A DNA stretch of 63,507 bases, the filler included, from Reclinomonas americana ATCC 50394 (taxonomy: Eukaryota): the NCBI GenBank assembly GCA_048213135.1. It is 19 parts of 19 records of this genome, joined end to end, with 100 filler letters (N's around TTAATTAATTAA, not from the genome) between each part and the next. Parts side by side here need not be neighbours in the genome. Positions count along the whole stretch, not along the records: positions 53,499 to 61,984 come from AFZH01022455.1; positions 62,085 to 63,507 come from AFZH01022468.1; 17 more parts are not named here. One strand, 5' to 3'. The number at the start of each line of letters is the position of its first letter. The first letter of the stretch is position 1. The notes beneath the pieces are model-generated. The model saw only the letters and a list, made by a program, of their open reading frames with translations, searched no databases and was not told the origin of the DNA. The position numbers and the translations under genes were made by a program. Below, piece by piece: positions 60,101 through 63,507 of this stretch.

Positions 60101-61912
60101 ATGGGAATATCGAAAGAGGAGGTTGACGAAGAGAGTAGAGGAGGAAGTGACGCAGACGAAGAGAGAGGAAGGCTTGGATGATATTACAGCGGTATAGTGG
60201 TGCGGAATGAGCGATATTTAAAGATCTCATTCTCCCTTTTGTATTTCATCAGTCCGGCTGCGAGGCACTACGCTCGCTTCTGCGCCACGACCAGACGCTG
60301 CTCACAACGTGGCGGACGGAGGAATACACGGCGTTCGAGTGGATTGTACAATTTGTGTTCCGTGTGCTGTCGCACGAAAACGAACTGGCCATGTTGTACA
60401 TCACCAATTTGGTCGTCAAGATGTTCAGGAGGGTGAGTGGTAAAGTGAGGGAGAGAGAGATGGAGGGAGCGCGCTGAAGAGTGGAGCAAGCGTGCACTCC
60501 TTCTCTCTCGCGTCGTGTTGCACACTCTCTCCTGTCGTGTTGCACACTCTCTCGCGTCGTGTTGCACGCTCTCCCGGTCTTTCGGTTGTCTTGTTCCGCT
60601 CTCAATCTGTTTTTCTCTCCTCCTCTCCTCCCTCTCCTCCCTCTCCTCCCTCTTCTCCCCTCTCCTTCCTCTCCTCCCCTCTCCTCCCCTCTCCTTCCTC
60701 TCCTCCCCTCTCCTCCCCTCTCCTCCCCCTCTCCTCCCCCTCCACCCCCTCCACCCTTCTTCCCCTCACTCCCCTCACTGCCTCCCTTTCCCTCACACCC
60801 CACAGTTCCCGGAGGCCATGCAACCGCACTTCTCCAACATGGTGCTGGCCGTGACACAGCGACTGGCGTGGACGTACGACCCGTCCATGGCACACGTTTC
60901 GTGCTTGTTGACGCTTTTCCTTCCCCACATATCACCCTGCCGCTCATTTTCCTCGCGCTACAGAGGCTATCGAGCATTCTCGTCCACCTGTACATTCTGC
61001 ATGGCGACGCCCTGCTGGATCTCCTGTGCAGCTTCAGCATTCCAACGCCCCCATCGCCCACCGGGACCGATCACAAGGACGTGGAAGGTGTGTGAGTGAC
61101 TGCGTGAAATGCACTATCCCCCGCTTGATGCTGACAATGCTGTCACAGCCATGGCGCAGTGGCTGCAGACGTTTGCCGTCGGCTCTCTGGACAATATTCC
61201 CGCTCAGGTGAATGGCCTGCAGATTTTGTTGAACAAGTGGCCGGCCTCGATCATGTCGTTTGTCAGCAAATTTGAACTGCAACGGAGGTGATGATGCGTC
61301 CACGTTCACACCCCTTTTTTTTTTGTCGTGGTGCTGACCGTTGGTTTTCATTGATCACAGCACGTGCGCCATCACCAAGCTGCTGAGCGAGAGTCCGGAA
61401 CGAGTGCAAGAATTCACCGTCATGTTCCGGTTGCCGGGCTCCAAGGCCTTTGCAAAGAGCGGCATGATGACGCGCTCCAAGTCCAAGCAGATGGGTGAGT
61501 GGCGGGCGGTGGCCAAGGCGACGGTGAGTCAGAGGTCTGACATGTGTGTGTGTGCACAGCTCCGGCCGAGTTCAACTTTGAGCCGATGCCGGCCGTCCTG
61601 CGGCTGTTCATGCTCCTTGTCACGTTCCTGACGCGCGACGTGCATCACGTGCGCACGAAGAAGCTGTTTGGTCTCGCCCGTGATGATGCCGGGGACGACG
61701 ATGACGACGATGATGAGGACGATGATGAGGAGGGTGGTGACGATGATGATGACGACGACGAGGACGATGAGGCGTTTGTGGCGCGATTCAGCGGTGCAGC
61801 GGTGCGTGCATGTTTTGGTTTCCCGCTGTTGAAGTGTGGATTTGATTGAAATTGTTGCAGGCTGGAGGGGGACCACAAAGCATGTTTGCGCCGGCAGAGG
61901 ACTATGAGTTGC
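54118..61912 (+). CDS. IPO9: Importin-9 (Kap114-like karyopherin beta), multi-exon; both termini missing
   Basis: RQ|SAGVNL...EEKEWIR, IGRQDWPEHWPDL, YDSEG, QITSEQ|EEEWLHDANQYVCDEDEDSMEFTVR, WWKLRE, LHGRALW, MMTRSKSK and an acidic loop. All match importin-9 motifs. Confidence 0.85.
54180..54246 (+). other. Non-canonical AT-AC intron in importin-9
   Basis: CGTCAG|ATATGCTT...GCGCAC|TCAGCCGGT. Removing it joins two frames and restores the conserved R-Q-x-A-x-x-x-L motif. Confidence 0.65.
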
Positions 61913-62319
61913 GTGCAAAATGTATTGTTGCATTCCTGTTTCTCTCTCGTCTCCTCTCGTCTCCTGTCGTGTCTTGTCGTCTCANNNNNNNNNNNNNNNN
62001 NNNNNNNNNNNNNNNNNNNNNNNNNNNNTTAATTAATTAANNNNNNNNNNNNNNNNNNNNNNNNNNNNNNNNNNNNNNNNNNNNACCTTTCCCCTCCCCC
62101 CGTCCCTTCCTCTTTCTTGTTCCTCTTATTCTGCTTCTTCTTGTTCTTCTCATTCTTCCTCTTCTCCTCTCCTCGCCCTCTTCCTCGTCCTCCTCTTCCC
62201 TCTTCTTCTTTTTCTCCACCTCCTCCTTTCTTTCGTCTCCTCCTCCTCCTTCTTTCGCCTCCCTATTCCCTTCCCCTTTCCCTTCCCTTCCCTTTCCCAC
62301 TCTCGTGTGCGTGCGCCAG

Positions 62320-63387
62320 GTGCTGGAGGGCCACACCGGCGAGGTGCAATGCGTCACCGTCACTCCCGACGGTCGGCACATTGTGAGCGCATGTTGGGAT
62401 TGTATCGTGCACGTGTGGTCACTGGCGAGTCGGGACGAAGTGCGGCAGTTGAGGGGGCACACCGAGCCGGTGACCTCTGTCGTTGTCACTCCCGATTCAC
62501 AGCATATCGTGAGTGGCAGCTGGGACAACACTGTGCGGGTGTGGTTGTTGGAGAGTGGTGAAGAGGTGCGACGATTAGAGGGACACCATGAGGGGGTGCA
62601 GTCGGTTGCCGTCACCCCCCAACGGGCGGCACATTGTGAGTGGCAGCTGGGACCAGACTGTGCGTGTGTGGTCACTGGCGAGCGGGGAATTGGTCAGAGA
62701 GCTGGCGACCGATAGCGGCCAGGTGACCTCGGTCGCCGTCACTCCTGATGGTCAGCATGTAGTGTTTGCCAGTTTGAACGGAAGAATGCGAGTGTGGTCG
62801 CTGGAGGCAAGTGGAGAGCAAGTGCGACTGATAAAGGGAGACTCTTCGTTGGTGCGGTCTGTTGCTGTCTCACCTGACGGTCAGTACGTTTGGAGGGACG
62901 CTCTGACGCGACTGTGAGAGTGTGGTCTGCGGCGAGCGGAGACCGAGTGTGGCAACTGCGTGGGCACACAAGACAGGTGTTCTCTGTTGCTGTCACCTCC
63001 GATAGTCAGTACGTGGTGAGCGGTGGTGAAGATAGGACTGTGCGGGTGTGGTCTCTGGCGACTGGGGAACCGGTGCGACGGTTGGAGGGTCGCAGATTGA
63101 CAGTGCGGTCTGTTGCCGTCACTCCCGACGGCGAGTTCACTGTGAGTGGCAGCGAAGACAAGACCTTGCGAGTGTGGCCCTCGTCGTGTGGCCTCGCCAG
63201 GGAGGAGCTTGACGGAGCTCGAGCGGCTCTGCGTGTGGTGCAGGTGATGCAGAAAGAGGGCACAGAGGAGGAAGGCGAAGAGGGGCAGGTGGATTCGCGA
63301 TGTCTTCCGGAAATGGTGCTGCGTTGCTTCATTGTCGAGGATGCAGCAGTTGCGTTACATCGACGCCGTGCCGAGCCGTTTTGGTGA
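62320..63387 (+). pseudogene. Dispersed WD40-array family member (7 repeats and tail) with two frameshifts
   Basis: Acceptor CCAG|GTGCTG, then three overlapping ORFs in different frames (shifts at the C run ~62615-62620 and at ~62890). Tail GLAREELDGAR...DSRCLPEMVLRCFIVEDAAV. Confidence 0.75.
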
Positions 63388-63507
63388 GAGGCGAGTCCCC
63401 TCTCATACGGGCAAGGGTGCATGGAGTGGACTCTGTCACCCTCTGCTGTTCTCTGGTCGTTTTCCTTCTCTTGTCTGTCTGTTCTCTGTTTTCTCTCTCT
63501 CTCTCTC

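Noticed and set aside
48322..60928. Long low-complexity ORFs (P/S/L/F-rich or R/E/G-rich)
   Set aside because: Translations of intronic GA/CT simple repeats.
62610..62900. Programmed frameshifting or phase variation in the last WD40 gene
   Set aside because: A six-C run and an unrelated indel are more simply explained by pseudogenisation or sequencing error.

Overview
Eukaryotic, probably protist, scaffold window (GC-rich, short spliceosomal introns, many CA/GA microsatellites) broken by 18 artificial N-TTAATTAATTAA-N gap spacers. Genes that continue across gaps suggest the pieces are in genomic order. It looks like an immunity/recognition-type gene neighbourhood. (1) A spliced NLR-like gene (ubiquitin-like domain, NACHT, pentapeptide repeats, about 11.5 near-identical 42-aa WD40 repeats with hypervariable top-face codons). 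(2) A secreted beta-rich surface protein and tandem H-type-lectin-like exons. (3) A ~20 kb tandem array of at least 8 small two-exon genes (M-A/T-T-K micro-exon, a 7-bladed WD40 propeller with variable contact residues, and a constant C-terminal helical tail), plus a distant frameshifted copy at 62-63 kb; one copy carries a telomere-like insertion that may be spliced out. (4) A minus-strand type I membrane protein ending in YEPI. (5) A probable Crinkler-type NTPase/REase gene with a frameshift. (6) An ankyrin, coiled-coil and IRAK/Pelle-type kinase gene. (7) A GT37-like fucosyltransferase. (8) Importin-9 with an apparent AT-AC intron. All gene models were made by eye, without transcript or database support.
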